The position numbers and the translations under genes are program-made. Shown in pieces: positions 7,961 through 18,203 of a DNA stretch of 64,000 bases. The stretch comes from a virus. Positions within the stretch are counted from its first letter, which is position 1. Every line of letters begins with the position of its first letter. The notes beneath the pieces are model-generated. The model was not told the DNA's origin and did not search any database. It saw only the letters and a list, made by a program, of their open reading frames with translations. The stretch spans positions 266,924-330,923 of IMG/VR virus record IMGVR_UViG_3300036772_000425; one strand, 5' to 3'.

Positions 7961-10900
7961 TCACTGCGTGGTCTGGTACGGCATCGGTCCCTGGGCCATC
8001 GCTCCGACAGGGTAGATGGGCCCGCGGTTGAAGCCCAGGTGATCGATACCAGGAGAGATATCGTGGACGGGTGAAAATGTCAACGTCACCTTGCACATCT
8101 TCGGAGCAGTCCTACCAAGACCGATCTCCCATGTCACCTTGTCGTGCCAGTCGAAGTTCATGGTCTCAATGAACCCAGCGAGGCCGCGCCCACCGGTGTC
8201 CTGGAAGGACTTGGCGATGGCGTTGTTCTGAGGGTTCAGGAAGTTTGCAACCTCGGATCCGAAGGCACTGTCCGGAGTGAGGCTTGCAAGGGCCGAGACG
8301 CCGCTCGCTGTGTCGGCCAACGTCTGCTCCGTGGGGTGCAGAGCCTGGATCGGGAACCGGTACGTTCCACCGACGAACTTCTTCAGAGGGAAATCGCTGC
8401 TGTTGAAGTTCTTGTCAACGTAGTCCTGGATCCCGCTCGTGTTCGCAACGTAGAGAGGATCGCTGTTCGGCTGCACCTGCCCGATGACCATGAACGGGTT
8501 GGTCGGATCGAGCTGCTGCACCTTGATCACGAACGCGCCCTTGTACTCAGAATCGCTCGGGGTGAACGACGGGCCGAAGGGCGGGCCGTCGCTGCTGCCT
8601 CCCAACGGGCTTGGGATCGAGATGCCGATCCCTCCGCCGGTGCTAGACGGATCCACGTAATCGTAGCTACGATTGTAGTCCGGGTAGAAGGTCTTGCTGC
8701 CGTCCGGGTTGGTCAGCAGATCCTGGATCGCTGCGGAATACGCGTCCACAGCGGCCTGATCCACCTTGTCCGCGTCCGTGAACTTCTGGCTGTTGATGGT
8801 GAAGTTGGGATTGCCCATCCCGAACAACCGTCCGAGGGCGAACAACGAGTAGTTGCTCCTGATCAGGTCACCCAACCTCAGTCTGATCAAGGGTGATGCA
8901 CCCTGCAACTGGCTGAACGGTTGGGTGAAGGCGTACGCTTGGCCCGAAGAATCTGACATCTGGACGCCCGATGTGTACTGAGGGTACAGCATGGTCACCA
9001 ACCGGTTGATCTTGATGTACATCTCATCGAAGTCGGCCGGAGAGGTGGCCACGATGTAGAATGATATCCCGATCCTGCGTTCGGTGCCCTTGTAGATCTT
9101 CACAGGTTCAACCCGTCCGATACCCTCGGTCTTATCGTACTGTGCGGTGTAGTCGTCTGTCAGGGTCGCAAGGAAGGCGTGGAAGCTCACCATCTCGTTC
9201 GTTCGAACGTCATGGAAGTAGAAGGGCACGTAGCTGGCCTCCAGCTGATCCTCGAACGCGTACGCAGCCTCTGAACTGATCCGGCCCATGTCAGTCGCAG
9301 CGACGACAGCCGTCTGCACCAGGGAGAAAGGATCACGACGGAGACCGACGTCGCTGCTGAACTGTCCCAGGTTCTTGACCGACAACGACAGAGCAAGGAT
9401 GCTGCCGGGAAGCAGGATGTTCGCCGGTGCACGGTTGTTGGACCATGCCAGCTTCAGCGTTCCCTTCAGACGGTTCTTGCTGACAGCATTGTTGATCGTG
9501 TCGTCCTTGCTGTCCATGCTGGACGTACGTGTCTTGTTGGAACTGGTGTCCACGTATGTCGGCGGCAAGGAAAGGACGGCATCGCCTAGGGTAGCAAAGA
9601 TGTTGCAGGCTGCGATGATCTTGGAGGTCCGGATGGTGTCGATCAGCGACAGGATCTGGTTGATGACGCTCATCGGATTCCCACCGATTTTCTTCAGCTG
9701 GTCCACGATCGTCAGGCTGCTTCGGGCAATGGAGCGAGCGACGACCACGTTGAACCCTGGGCTGTCCGTGCTGGACGTGAAGGCGCCCACCAGTTGGTTG
9801 AGGCCGATCCCACCGCCCGAGCTGTCAGGGATCTGGAAGAAGGCGTTCATGCCGGCCACGAGGGCACGAGAAAAAGGATAGTTGGTGGGTTGGATACCCA
9901 ACAGGGCGCCGAAATTGAGCGACGTGAGGGCACTGAGGGCCCCTCCGATACCGCCTGAATTCTGCTGGTTGGCTGCCTTGGTACCCGGAAAGTACTCGCC
10001 CAGGCTGTAGCGACCCTGCGGATCTCGGGCCGGTTGCTTCAGCTGGGGCGTGATCAGCCCGAGCAGGATGCTGAGCCCATCGAAGATCACCTCCACCCCT
10101 GCGACCAAGGCCGTCGACAGGGCGACCATGCCCAGCGCGTCCGTTCCATCGTACGGATCGTCTACGTTGTTGAGCTGTCCCCACGACAACCCGTTCGTGC
10201 TCAGCACGAAAGTGTCACCTGTCGGTTCGTCCGTGGTCAGCGTGGCGAGGACATCCTCGGCAGTCAACACCTGCGGTGAGATCCTTTCAACGCCGAGCTG
10301 AGCCACACCGGGGAGCAAGGCGCCTGCCTGCAGTGAACTTGCGTTCGGATCTGCACCCGGATCCGATGAACCGAGCTCGGTGCCCGCGCGCATGGTCAGC
10401 AGGGGACCGATCGCTGCCATGCGGCCGAGGGCGATGCTGGGGGCTTTCGGATCGTAGATGCCGAACTGCGTTTGGTTCGTCAGCCCCGGGTCGAAACCCA
10501 GGACGCCGTCGGCGTTAGCCTCAGCACCTGCAATGTCGCTGGTTCCCACGAACGATGCCGCTGCGGCCGAGAACCGGTTCGATGAGAGGACGGATGAGAC
10601 GTAGGGTGTGAGCACCCCTGCGGTGCTCTTGTGTCCCTTGATCGGCTTGGGGGTTACGCCGGGCCTGGGTGAATCACCAGCAATCCCGGGCAGCAGATCG
10701 TTACCATCGACCTTCCGGGAATCTGACTGGCCCTTGCCGAAGTCCTTCGAGATGGACGGATAGTCCTTCGAAAGGCTGGAGAACGACCCCTCATCGGGAG
10801 CAAAGACCCTGGAGTTCTTGGGATCCGGAATTCCGGGCGATTGTAGGGCCGGTCTCCCGGTCTTGGTCCGGATCGACACCTGATCGTACCCAGGGTCGAC

Positions 10901-11161
10901 CGGGTAGTCGTTTGGGATCCCGGTCGCATCGCCCTTGCCCAGCGTCTGCTGGCTCAGGTAGTTCGCAAGGGTGGTCTGGGTCTTCCTGGTGAGATCCTTC
11001 GGTTTGCCGTTGGAGTCCAGGTACCCCGCGCTGACATCGACAGTACGAGCTCGAGTGCCCTGCGGACCACCCTCGCCTTCGGGCAGGCCCACGTCAAAAT
11101 CGTAGGTCTTCCCATCGATCCCAAAACCGTTGGGGCCTGTGTTCAGCGGGTTCTGTGCCAT
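7961..11161 (-). CDS. Large structural protein immediately after the tape measure (putative baseplate hub/spike-like)
   Basis: 1066 aa, G/S/T/P-rich, ATG start. Position after the TMP and before the LysM protein is where myovirus hub/spike proteins occur. Confidence 0.5.
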   Translation of the reverse strand: MAQNPLNTGPNGFGIDGKTYDFDVGLPEGEGGPQGTRARTVDVSAGYLDSNGKPKDLTRKTQTTLANYLSQQTLGKGDATGIPNDYPVDPGYDQVSIRTKTGRPALQSPGIPDPKNSRVFAPDEGSFSSLSKDYPSISKDFGKGQSDSRKVDGNDLLPGIAGDSPRPGVTPKPIKGHKSTAGVLTPYVSSVLSSNRFSAAAASFVGTSDIAGAEANADGVLGFDPGLTNQTQFGIYDPKAPSIALGRMAAIGPLLTMRAGTELGSSDPGADPNASSLQAGALLPGVAQLGVERISPQVLTAEDVLATLTTDEPTGDTFVLSTNGLSWGQLNNVDDPYDGTDALGMVALSTALVAGVEVIFDGLSILLGLITPQLKQPARDPQGRYSLGEYFPGTKAANQQNSGGIGGALSALTSLNFGALLGIQPTNYPFSRALVAGMNAFFQIPDSSGGGIGLNQLVGAFTSSTDSPGFNVVVARSIARSSLTIVDQLKKIGGNPMSVINQILSLIDTIRTSKIIAACNIFATLGDAVLSLPPTYVDTSSNKTRTSSMDSKDDTINNAVSKNRLKGTLKLAWSNNRAPANILLPGSILALSLSVKNLGQFSSDVGLRRDPFSLVQTAVVAATDMGRISSEAAYAFEDQLEASYVPFYFHDVRTNEMVSFHAFLATLTDDYTAQYDKTEGIGRVEPVKIYKGTERRIGISFYIVATSPADFDEMYIKINRLVTMLYPQYTSGVQMSDSSGQAYAFTQPFSQLQGASPLIRLRLGDLIRSNYSLFALGRLFGMGNPNFTINSQKFTDADKVDQAAVDAYSAAIQDLLTNPDGSKTFYPDYNRSYDYVDPSSTGGGIGISIPSPLGGSSDGPPFGPSFTPSDSEYKGAFVIKVQQLDPTNPFMVIGQVQPNSDPLYVANTSGIQDYVDKNFNSSDFPLKKFVGGTYRFPIQALHPTEQTLADTASGVSALASLTPDSAFGSEVANFLNPQNNAIAKSFQDTGGRGLAGFIETMNFDWHDKVTWEIGLGRTAPKMCKVTLTFSPVHDISPGIDHLGFNRGPIYPVGAMAQGPMPYQTTQ

Positions 11162-11163
11162 GT

Positions 11164-11430
11164 TCAGCCTGCGGAACCCGAGGTGGGTCCAGCTGCTGTA
11201 ACTACCTTTCGATCCTCAAGGAGCCGCCTGGCTAGTTGCTCCTTGAGCGAAGGATCGTCCTGCAACCTATCGTACAGCGGCGCGAGCACCTTCGCGAACT
11301 CTCTGACCAACTGCTCGGCCGCGGCACGGGCTCCCTCCCTCTCTGCGTCAGATCGTGCGGAAGAAAGGGCACGTTGGAAGGTCCCTGATTCCCGAAGACG
11401 TTTCAACAGGTCTGGTTTCTGTGTGGGCAT
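11164..11430 (-). CDS. Hypothetical protein (88 aa), packed between the TMP and the large structural gene
   Basis: ORF with stop 3 nt before the downstream ATG. Coiled-coil-like, basic. Confidence 0.4.
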   Translation of the reverse strand: MPTQKPDLLKRLRESGTFQRALSSARSDAEREGARAAAEQLVREFAKVLAPLYDRLQDDPSLKEQLARRLLEDRKVVTAAGPTSGSAG

Positions 11431-11454
11431 TGGCTTACACTATGCCGCCAGGGC

Positions 11455-14400
11455 TCAACGTTTCGTCACGTTGGGAAGATCTTGCGGTGAAGAAGGAATC
11501 TCAGGGCCTGCCTTCGTGGTCGGATCGCTGAGGGCGAAGTTGATCCTGTCCCTGATGACCGAGTTTCCCCTCATGACAAGGGCCTTTTCCATGTCGGCTG
11601 CATTGATCTCAACGGTCATGTTGACAGTGATCTGCACTGCCCGCGATGGATTGACGGTGTAGGTGGCCTTGCCGCCCAGGCCGACAGCCTTCGCCACGTT
11701 CTGCAGCTTGGCCTTGACGTCGATCTTGTTGAGGTTACCGTCGCTCAACGCACTGTTGAGATCGTTGGCGATGCCTATCATCTTCTGCACGGCGTTCAAG
11801 GCAGGGACAACACCGTCGCCCTTGATGCTCGCCGTCGCCTTGATGACATCCTCAGTCATCGACTTGTAGGCATCGCTGAGTTGGGCAACTGCCTCGAACG
11901 CCTTCCCAGTGGCCGCGATGCCGCTGATCGCCGACGGCGAGATGCTGACGCCGGGATCGTTCAACATCGAACCGACGGCCTTCGCCACGTTCATGAAGCT
12001 CATGAGCTCCACGTCGATGCTGGACACCTTGCTGAACTTCTCCTTGAAGATGGCTGCCGCAGCGGAGATCGTGCCCAGGCTGTCGAAGGCCATGCTGATC
12101 TCCTTGATCTTGCCGACGCTGTCCTGCAGCGTCTTGTCATCGCCGAACATGTTCAGGATCCTGCTGAACGCCTCGCGCACAGAACCAAGTTCTTTCTCTG
12201 TGACCGCGCCCAGGTTGTCCTTCAGCTTCTTGAGATCACCCACCGTTGCAGAAGCATGCTGGATGAACGATGATGCATCAGTCTTGTCCTGCTTCGGAGC
12301 GGACTGTGAGATCTGTTTTTGGGCCTCCGCGTTGTCAGAGACGGCTGCGACGGCCGTCTTCTTCAGGTTGTCCTTGTAGTCCTCGTAGCTCTTACCGATG
12401 TTCGGGAAGATGTCAACCTTGCTGTCCTTCCCGGACGCCTTCGCTTTCAGGTAGTCGGTGAGGCTGGAAATCGCGTTGCCGATGTACTTGGCAAAGAACG
12501 GGATGGCATTGCCGATGTCCATGAAGGTCTTGTAGATCGGATCAAAGATCCACTTGCTGGCCCAGTTGTCCTTCCCGAACCATGATTTGAGCTGCCCAGA
12601 GATGGCCTCGAACAGCGCGCCCGGGATCCGGTAGACAAGGCCCGTGAGCGCTCCTGCGATGCTCAGCACGGCCGGGATGAGATGGTTGCCCAGCAGGAGG
12701 AGCAGCTGCTTCGGGATCTCCACGATCAGCGGCAGGATCACCTTCCCGATCGACTTGATACCATCGACCAGGCTGTCCAGGACCGACGGTTGCGATCCTG
12801 ACTGGAACAGCTTGTCCAGCCAGGACGCGAGGGCCGCGACCGAGTCACCCAACCAGCTGATGAGCCTGACGGGCAGGGTGAGGAAGATCAGCTGCATCTG
12901 CTGCATTGCCCCTTCTGCTACGTCCAGCAGCAGCTTGCCGAGCGACTTGATGGCGCCGCCGATGTCTCCGCTGAAGAGGTTGCGGAAGATGTCGCCGATG
13001 TCGATCAGTTGGTCGAACGTCTTCTCGACCACCTTCTTGACGTTCTTTGCAACGTCTTCGCCGAAGATGTTCTCGATCGTCTTGTTGAACTGGTCAGAGT
13101 ACTCTGCGAAGCTGGTGGCCATTCCCTTCGCCGCCTGATCACCGATCATGCCGAACGACAGCATCTGGACCAACCCTGCGATCGAGGCACCCATCTTCCT
13201 GTCGGCTGCGTCACCGATGTCCTTGGAGATCTGATCCTGGAACTTCTCCACACCCTTGCTGAAACCCGTGCCGACGACGCCCAAGGCCACCGTCGCCGCA
13301 GCGATGGCCACGTATGGGTTACCGAGCACCGGTCCCATGATCCGGGTCAACAACCCCCCTGAGCCGCCGCCCGATGCTGCCTTGCTGGCGATCCCTTCCG
13401 CAGCGCCTGCAGCCTCCTTGACCCCGCCCGCGATGGCGCTCTTGATACCGCCGCCGATCGCTGTCACTCCCATCGCGAAGATGGACCGCGTCACAGCCGG
13501 TCCGAACAGGACAGCCGCCAGGACGGGCAACGCGGGCTTCACCAGGTTCAGGAAGTCCTTCGACGTCAGGTAGTCGTACAGCTTCCCGCCCAGCAGCTTG
13601 ACAAGTTCCAGCAGCTTGGGCGCGATCACGGTCCAGGCATGGCTCAGGCCATCGACCATGGGCATGATCACCTTGCCCAGGAACCCCATACCGCCTTCCG
13701 CAGCGCCCGCCCCCATCTTCAGGAGCTTGCTGGGATCCTTGATCATGTCGATGATGAATCCCAGGCCCTCACCGACACGGTCAGACGCCCACTTCAGGCC
13801 CTCACCGAAGACGTTCGCCAGCGTCAGCAGCGTCGTCTTGAAGCCCTCGATCATCTTCTTGCCAGCCGGAGTCTCCTTGTTGAAGAAGTTGAAGAAGTTC
13901 TCCTGCAACCTGTCCATCAGTGACGAGAACGACATGGGACCGCTGGACGCGGTCAACGACTTCATCCAGTCCTCCAGGATGGTGACGGTGCCGCCGACGA
14001 AGTCCTTGAACTTCTTGGGATCGAACAGATCGCCGATGCCCTTGAAGAACTCCTTCACCCCCGGGAACATGGCCACGAAGGCCTTGCCCAGCTTGACGCC
14101 CTCCATGTAGGTGAGCATCAGGGCACGCCTGATGTTCATCATGATCTCTCGGAATTCCTTGGACGCCTGGATGCCGCCCAAGAAACCCTTGACGAACATG
14201 TCCCAGAACCCGCCCTGCATGCCACCACCGCCGGACTGGACCATCCTTTCGATGGCGTCGGCCAACTTGCCCATGGCCTGAGCCTGGGTCAGGGTCTTCT
14301 TCTCGGCATCGCCAGATTTCTTCTTGATCTCATCCAGGCCCATCCCCTGGTTCTTCATGGAGAACGCAAGCTTGGCCGTCTGCTCGTCCATGCCGGTGGT

Positions 14401-15642
14401 CTGCGACAGCAGCTTGAGCTCCTGCCGCGTCATGTTCTCTGCCGATTTGCCGGCAGCGAACATGGACTTCCGCAGCATGTCGAACTGCTCAGCCGGATTT
14501 TGGGCCTCCATCAGCTTGAAGGCATCGACGTTGGCACCGAAGGCCTGCGATAGCTTGGCTGCGTTCTCTGCCGCGGTGTCGAAGCTCTCGAAGGCGTCCA
14601 AGGTTCCGGTCATCTTGTCGACCTCCACCCCCAACTTCCTGGCGTAGATGGCAACCTCGCCCAGCTCCTTCGCACCCAGCTGGCCGAAGTGCTTCACATC
14701 GCCCGCCATCTTGCCCATGTCGCGGCTCAGCAGCTTTGCATCATCATCGGAGTCGGCAAGGGCCTTCGAGAACTTGGTGAAGTCCTTCAGGACGTTGCCC
14801 ATCTTCTGACCGGTGGACGTCGCGACGACCGCCAGACCCTTCATCTGTTCGTTGTTGAGGCCCAGACCTTTCTGGTATGCCAGAAGGGCGCCACCGTTGT
14901 CCTCGAACTCCTTGTGGAACTTGTTGAACTGCGCGCCCATCTCGGTCGCCAGCTCCCGCAGCATGTTGAAACGATCAGCGAGGTTGCCGAAGACACGCCA
15001 GGCGCTCAACCCGGTGTCGCTGAACCCCTTCAGCGACTTTGAGGTGTCGATGATGGCCTTGTTCGTGGGTCCGTACAGTTCACCGAACTGCTTCCGGAGC
15101 TCCTCGATCGCCTTGGCGAGCTCGTTGCTGCCACCTCCGCCCTTCGCAGCAAGGTCGATCAACCCCTCGAACAGCTTGAACGGGATGGCGATGATGGATG
15201 CCGTGATGTTGGCCAGGCCATCGACGAAACCAGAGACGAAGCCGGTCAGGCCCTTGCCCAGGGCGACCACGTTTGAAACTCCTTGCTCGAAACCGGTAAG
15301 GGCGGCGACACCGACCGCGACCGACTTCGGGAACTTATCGCCGATCTTCTTGCCGGTGTCCTCCACCTTCTTTCCCAGCTTCGAGAAGGTGGACTCTGAG
15401 GTCGTACCGGCAGACGACATCTTCTTGGAAGCATCCCCCACCGCCTTGTTCAAGGCCTCGATGTTCTGGACGGTGTTCTGGGTGTTGATCTGGTTGAATG
15501 CGTCGGCGAGCTTCTGAACAGCAGTGATCTGACCTTCGTACGACTGCTGCAGCTTGTCAGCCGCAGCAGCCATTCGCTCGATCTGTGCTGCTACTTTCTG
15601 GGTCAGGGCCAGCTGCTCTGACAGGTCTTCTTTCGACGCCAC
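11455..15642 (-). CDS. Tail tape measure protein
   Basis: 1395 aa, highly alpha-helical low-complexity sequence with recurrent A/G/K/L/F motifs and Gly-rich tracts (GGGGMQGGFW, AAGAAEG). Length and position between the tube/chaperone region and the baseplate genes fit a TMP. GTG start, preceded by GATAGTTCTCGTCCAGAGG. Confidence 0.8.
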   Translation of the reverse strand: MASKEDLSEQLALTQKVAAQIERMAAAADKLQQSYEGQITAVQKLADAFNQINTQNTVQNIEALNKAVGDASKKMSSAGTTSESTFSKLGKKVEDTGKKIGDKFPKSVAVGVAALTGFEQGVSNVVALGKGLTGFVSGFVDGLANITASIIAIPFKLFEGLIDLAAKGGGGSNELAKAIEELRKQFGELYGPTNKAIIDTSKSLKGFSDTGLSAWRVFGNLADRFNMLRELATEMGAQFNKFHKEFEDNGGALLAYQKGLGLNNEQMKGLAVVATSTGQKMGNVLKDFTKFSKALADSDDDAKLLSRDMGKMAGDVKHFGQLGAKELGEVAIYARKLGVEVDKMTGTLDAFESFDTAAENAAKLSQAFGANVDAFKLMEAQNPAEQFDMLRKSMFAAGKSAENMTRQELKLLSQTTGMDEQTAKLAFSMKNQGMGLDEIKKKSGDAEKKTLTQAQAMGKLADAIERMVQSGGGGMQGGFWDMFVKGFLGGIQASKEFREIMMNIRRALMLTYMEGVKLGKAFVAMFPGVKEFFKGIGDLFDPKKFKDFVGGTVTILEDWMKSLTASSGPMSFSSLMDRLQENFFNFFNKETPAGKKMIEGFKTTLLTLANVFGEGLKWASDRVGEGLGFIIDMIKDPSKLLKMGAGAAEGGMGFLGKVIMPMVDGLSHAWTVIAPKLLELVKLLGGKLYDYLTSKDFLNLVKPALPVLAAVLFGPAVTRSIFAMGVTAIGGGIKSAIAGGVKEAAGAAEGIASKAASGGGSGGLLTRIMGPVLGNPYVAIAAATVALGVVGTGFSKGVEKFQDQISKDIGDAADRKMGASIAGLVQMLSFGMIGDQAAKGMATSFAEYSDQFNKTIENIFGEDVAKNVKKVVEKTFDQLIDIGDIFRNLFSGDIGGAIKSLGKLLLDVAEGAMQQMQLIFLTLPVRLISWLGDSVAALASWLDKLFQSGSQPSVLDSLVDGIKSIGKVILPLIVEIPKQLLLLLGNHLIPAVLSIAGALTGLVYRIPGALFEAISGQLKSWFGKDNWASKWIFDPIYKTFMDIGNAIPFFAKYIGNAISSLTDYLKAKASGKDSKVDIFPNIGKSYEDYKDNLKKTAVAAVSDNAEAQKQISQSAPKQDKTDASSFIQHASATVGDLKKLKDNLGAVTEKELGSVREAFSRILNMFGDDKTLQDSVGKIKEISMAFDSLGTISAAAAIFKEKFSKVSSIDVELMSFMNVAKAVGSMLNDPGVSISPSAISGIAATGKAFEAVAQLSDAYKSMTEDVIKATASIKGDGVVPALNAVQKMIGIANDLNSALSDGNLNKIDVKAKLQNVAKAVGLGGKATYTVNPSRAVQITVNMTVEINAADMEKALVMRGNSVIRDRINFALSDPTTKAGPEIPSSPQDLPNVTKR

Positions 15643-15665
15643 ATTACCTCTGGACGAGAACTATC

Positions 15666-15950
15666 TCACATCGGCCAGGGCACGCCCATGATCCTCTCGA
15701 ACTCTCGAGCGGCACCGTGCTTGAGGCCCAGGCACTGCATCACAGATTCGACCGTTGCGCCCGACCGCTCGAGCTCTGCCTGGAAGTTTCGGGATGCGAG
15801 GAGGGCCGACCTGAATGCCGTCACCTCCTCCACCGTCCCCCTGATCTTCATGTTGGTGGGCCTGCCCACCAACCAGGAGCCCACCGCCGCGAACATCACC
15901 TTCCCGAGGAGGTTCAACTTCAGCTCAACGAGCATGTTCGCGGCGGCCAT
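15666..15950 (-). CDS. Hypothetical protein (94 aa), possible tail assembly chaperone by position
   Basis: Small ORF directly upstream of the TMP. No motif recognised. Confidence 0.35.
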   Translation of the reverse strand: MAAANMLVELKLNLLGKVMFAAVGSWLVGRPTNMKIRGTVEEVTAFRSALLASRNFQAELERSGATVESVMQCLGLKHGAAREFERIMGVPWPM

Positions 15951-15965
15951 GCTGGTATGTATGGA

Positions 15966-16178
15966 TCAGGTGAACCGGCGGAGGCGCGACGGGGTCTCAG
16001 TTCGGGTTCGACCCTGCATCTCACGGATCTCGGGCGAGTTCTGGTGAAGCGCCCTGGTCGCGGAACCCTCGTCGCCCTTCCCCTTGTTGAGCTCCTTGAC
16101 CAGGCGGTCGATGAACCACCGCTTGTACGGGACGGGCAAGGTGCAGGTGTCCCGGTACGTGAACCCGCCGTAGTACAT
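15966..16178 (-). CDS. Hypothetical protein (70 aa)
   Basis: Small basic ORF between the 297-aa zinc-ribbon protein and the TMP. Confidence 0.3.
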   Translation of the reverse strand: MYYGGFTYRDTCTLPVPYKRWFIDRLVKELNKGKGDEGSATRALHQNSPEIREMQGRTRTETPSRLRRFT

Positions 16179-16215
16179 CAGGAGGAAGGCGGGCTCCAGG
16201 ATCAGCTCCTCCTTG

Positions 16216-17109
16216 TCACCTGGCTGAAGGCCAAAGAAAGGAGACGCCCATCGGGACGGTGATCTCCTCGCTGTGCCCGCATGATGGGCACGTCACGTCC
16301 TGCCGCATCCTGATGCCAGGTTCGTTGGCCCGGATGTAGTCGCGCAGGGCCAACGAATCCCGAGCGGGCATCCCGTTGCGGACGAAGTTGGCGATCTTGC
16401 TGCGATCATCAACGCCCTCGATCGACACGATGCTGAACAGCAGGTTGGTGGTCACGCTGGCCTCACCCTGCAGGCCCAGCTTCTTCTGCTTCTCTGTCAT
16501 GGCAAGGATCTCCTGCTCGTCGCGGCCGGACAGGAACCTGAACCCGATCACCTTCTTCGAGTACGGGAGGTTGAACTTGAACAGGTTGACGCCCTCCTGC
16601 ACGGGCTCAATCTCCAGGGTCTGCAGGGGCAGCGCGGACAGGTCGAAGCTTCGTGACGACTTGGTCGAGCATTCGTCGCAGTTGACCTCGGCCGAGTACT
16701 CGGCACCGTAGCCCGTGATCCTGATGGCGACCATCAGGGCGTTCCTGTCGCCCGTCAGCATCTCGTTCGGGTCGATCGACTTGTCGATCAGGCACGAACG
16801 GATCAGCTCGCTGATCACGGTCCCCTTCTTCAACAGGGCACGGCTCGTGAGGATGTCCTCCTCCCGGGCTGTCATCGCCCTGATCTCAACAGTCTCTCGG
16901 TTGTGGAGCGCGCTGGAACCTGGGTACACGCGGCCGCGGCTCGGCAGCGGCATCGTCTCGACCGGAATCTCCAACCCGAAGTCCTTGGTGACCTGTGCAG
17001 CCGCGGTTGTCGTCTGGATCCCGGGTGCACCGGCCTGAGCGAAAACCTGGTTGCGCTGCTCGCGTTCGTCTGCCATGTTGATCTTTCCTTGCTGGGAGCC
17101 ATTGTACAC
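16216..17109 (-). CDS. Zinc-ribbon-containing protein (hypothetical tail-module protein)
   Basis: 297 aa (possibly starting at MADEREQRN, 17076). CDEC...CPSCGH Cys pairs near the middle and C-terminus. Confidence 0.45.
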   Translation of the reverse strand: MYNGSQQGKINMADEREQRNQVFAQAGAPGIQTTTAAAQVTKDFGLEIPVETMPLPSRGRVYPGSSALHNRETVEIRAMTAREEDILTSRALLKKGTVISELIRSCLIDKSIDPNEMLTGDRNALMVAIRITGYGAEYSAEVNCDECSTKSSRSFDLSALPLQTLEIEPVQEGVNLFKFNLPYSKKVIGFRFLSGRDEQEILAMTEKQKKLGLQGEASVTTNLLFSIVSIEGVDDRSKIANFVRNGMPARDSLALRDYIRANEPGIRMRQDVTCPSCGHSEEITVPMGVSFLWPSAR

Positions 17110-17159
17110 CGCTGCTCCCTGCCCGGTAAATGGCAGTACGACACGTGATCAACCCATTT

Positions 17160-17420
17160 TCAGCACCTGTTGATGGTGGGTGCCGTGCGTGGGGTCGACC
17201 ATCGCCCGTCCAGCTCCAGCAGGACCTCATCCCAGGTCCAACCGGCGAGCTCTACGACCAGGTCCCACTCCCTGTTGTAGCCGTCGATGTCCAGCTCCCC
17301 ACGAACGTACCGTTCCAGCAGGGCTGCGTGCAGGCTGTCCAGACCGGAGTACGACAGCCTCATGCAGGCGATCCTACACCCGGACGGTGTAGGCGACCGC
17401 GCCCTCGACCAGGTTCTCAC
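17160..17420 (-). CDS. Hypothetical protein (86 aa)
   Basis: Minus-strand ORF in the small-gene cluster between the zinc-ribbon protein and the HNH gene. Partially overlaps 17374..17607, so only one of the two may be real. Confidence 0.3.
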   Translation of the reverse strand: MRTWSRARSPTPSGCRIACMRLSYSGLDSLHAALLERYVRGELDIDGYNREWDLVVELAGWTWDEVLLELDGRWSTPRTAPTINRC

Positions 17421-17607
17421 CGCCCGGATCTGAACTCAGGATCCGCCGGACAACGCCGGCCTCCTCCAGATCGTCCACCAGCTTCTGCGTCTGCTTGAGC
17501 GACAGGCCTGTCTCCAGCGCCAAATATCCGAGGTAGACCGGGTTGGTAACCCTGTTCATGTAGCCCACGATTATTTCTGTGAACCGCTGGGAAGGTCGCT
17601 GGGTCAT
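17374..17607 (-). CDS. Hypothetical protein (77 aa)
   Basis: Small minus-strand ORF in the same cluster as 17160..17420 and partially overlapping it. No motif recognised. Confidence 0.3.
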   Translation of the reverse strand: MTQRPSQRFTEIIVGYMNRVTNPVYLGYLALETGLSLKQTQKLVDDLEEAGVVRRILSSDPGGENLVEGAVAYTVRV

Positions 17608-17843
17608 TGGACGATGGTAACACAGGTCAGAAGGATTGTCAAGCGTCGAGCAGCTCCCTGAGCTCCTTCAAGGCACGGCCCACGAACCGTCCGTTCCACG
17701 TGATGGAACCGCTGGCTGCGTGCAACGGAACCTGCTTCCGTTCGATGAACAGGGCGAGCTCCTTCCCGCTGAGTTCCAGGGAGATGAGCCTGCCTTGCAC
17801 GGACGGGAAGCTCCCGCCCCTGGAGAAGACGCTGACAACCTCC

Positions 17844-18203
17844 CTACGATTGAAACTGGAGATGATCCGGATCATGTTCGCGCGGTCCAGCGGGATGGGG
17901 CCAATTCTCCTCGAACCATCCCTCGAACTTCCAGGGTTCGCCCAACCACACCATCCTATCAACTATCTCCGCAGGTATCCCCATCCGCAGAAGGGAAACA
18001 TCATCATAGCGCGACGGCACGTCCTGCAGATCCTGCACGGTGAGGGCGGTGCCGTTGGAAAAGCGCCAACCGATCTCATCGATGGGACCATCCCGCAGAC
18101 CGAAGCTCGAGCACATGGCCTTGACCGCCGGTGTAAGGGCGGTGTCGAACGCATCGATTGATTCCTTGATGAGGGTCCGCAATCCCCTGACCGTGATCAT
18201 CAT
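17844..18203 (-). CDS. Small protein with capsid-targeting-like N-terminus (119 aa)
   Basis: MMITVRGLRTLIKESIDA matches the R-x-L-R-x-(L/I)-I-x-E motif family described in findings. ATGA overlap with the upstream gene. Confidence 0.4.
   Translation of the reverse strand: MMITVRGLRTLIKESIDAFDTALTPAVKAMCSSFGLRDGPIDEIGWRFSNGTALTVQDLQDVPSRYDDVSLLRMGIPAEIVDRMVWLGEPWKFEGWFEENWPHPAGPREHDPDHLQFQS

Noticed and set aside
15966-17109. Possible programmed -1 frameshift (G/GT-type tail chaperone) joining ORF 16216..17109 to ORF 15966..16178
   Set aside because: The upstream ORF is a 297-aa zinc-ribbon protein, unlike a chaperone. No slippery heptamer is evident in the 37-nt gap. Frames differ, but there is no supporting signal.
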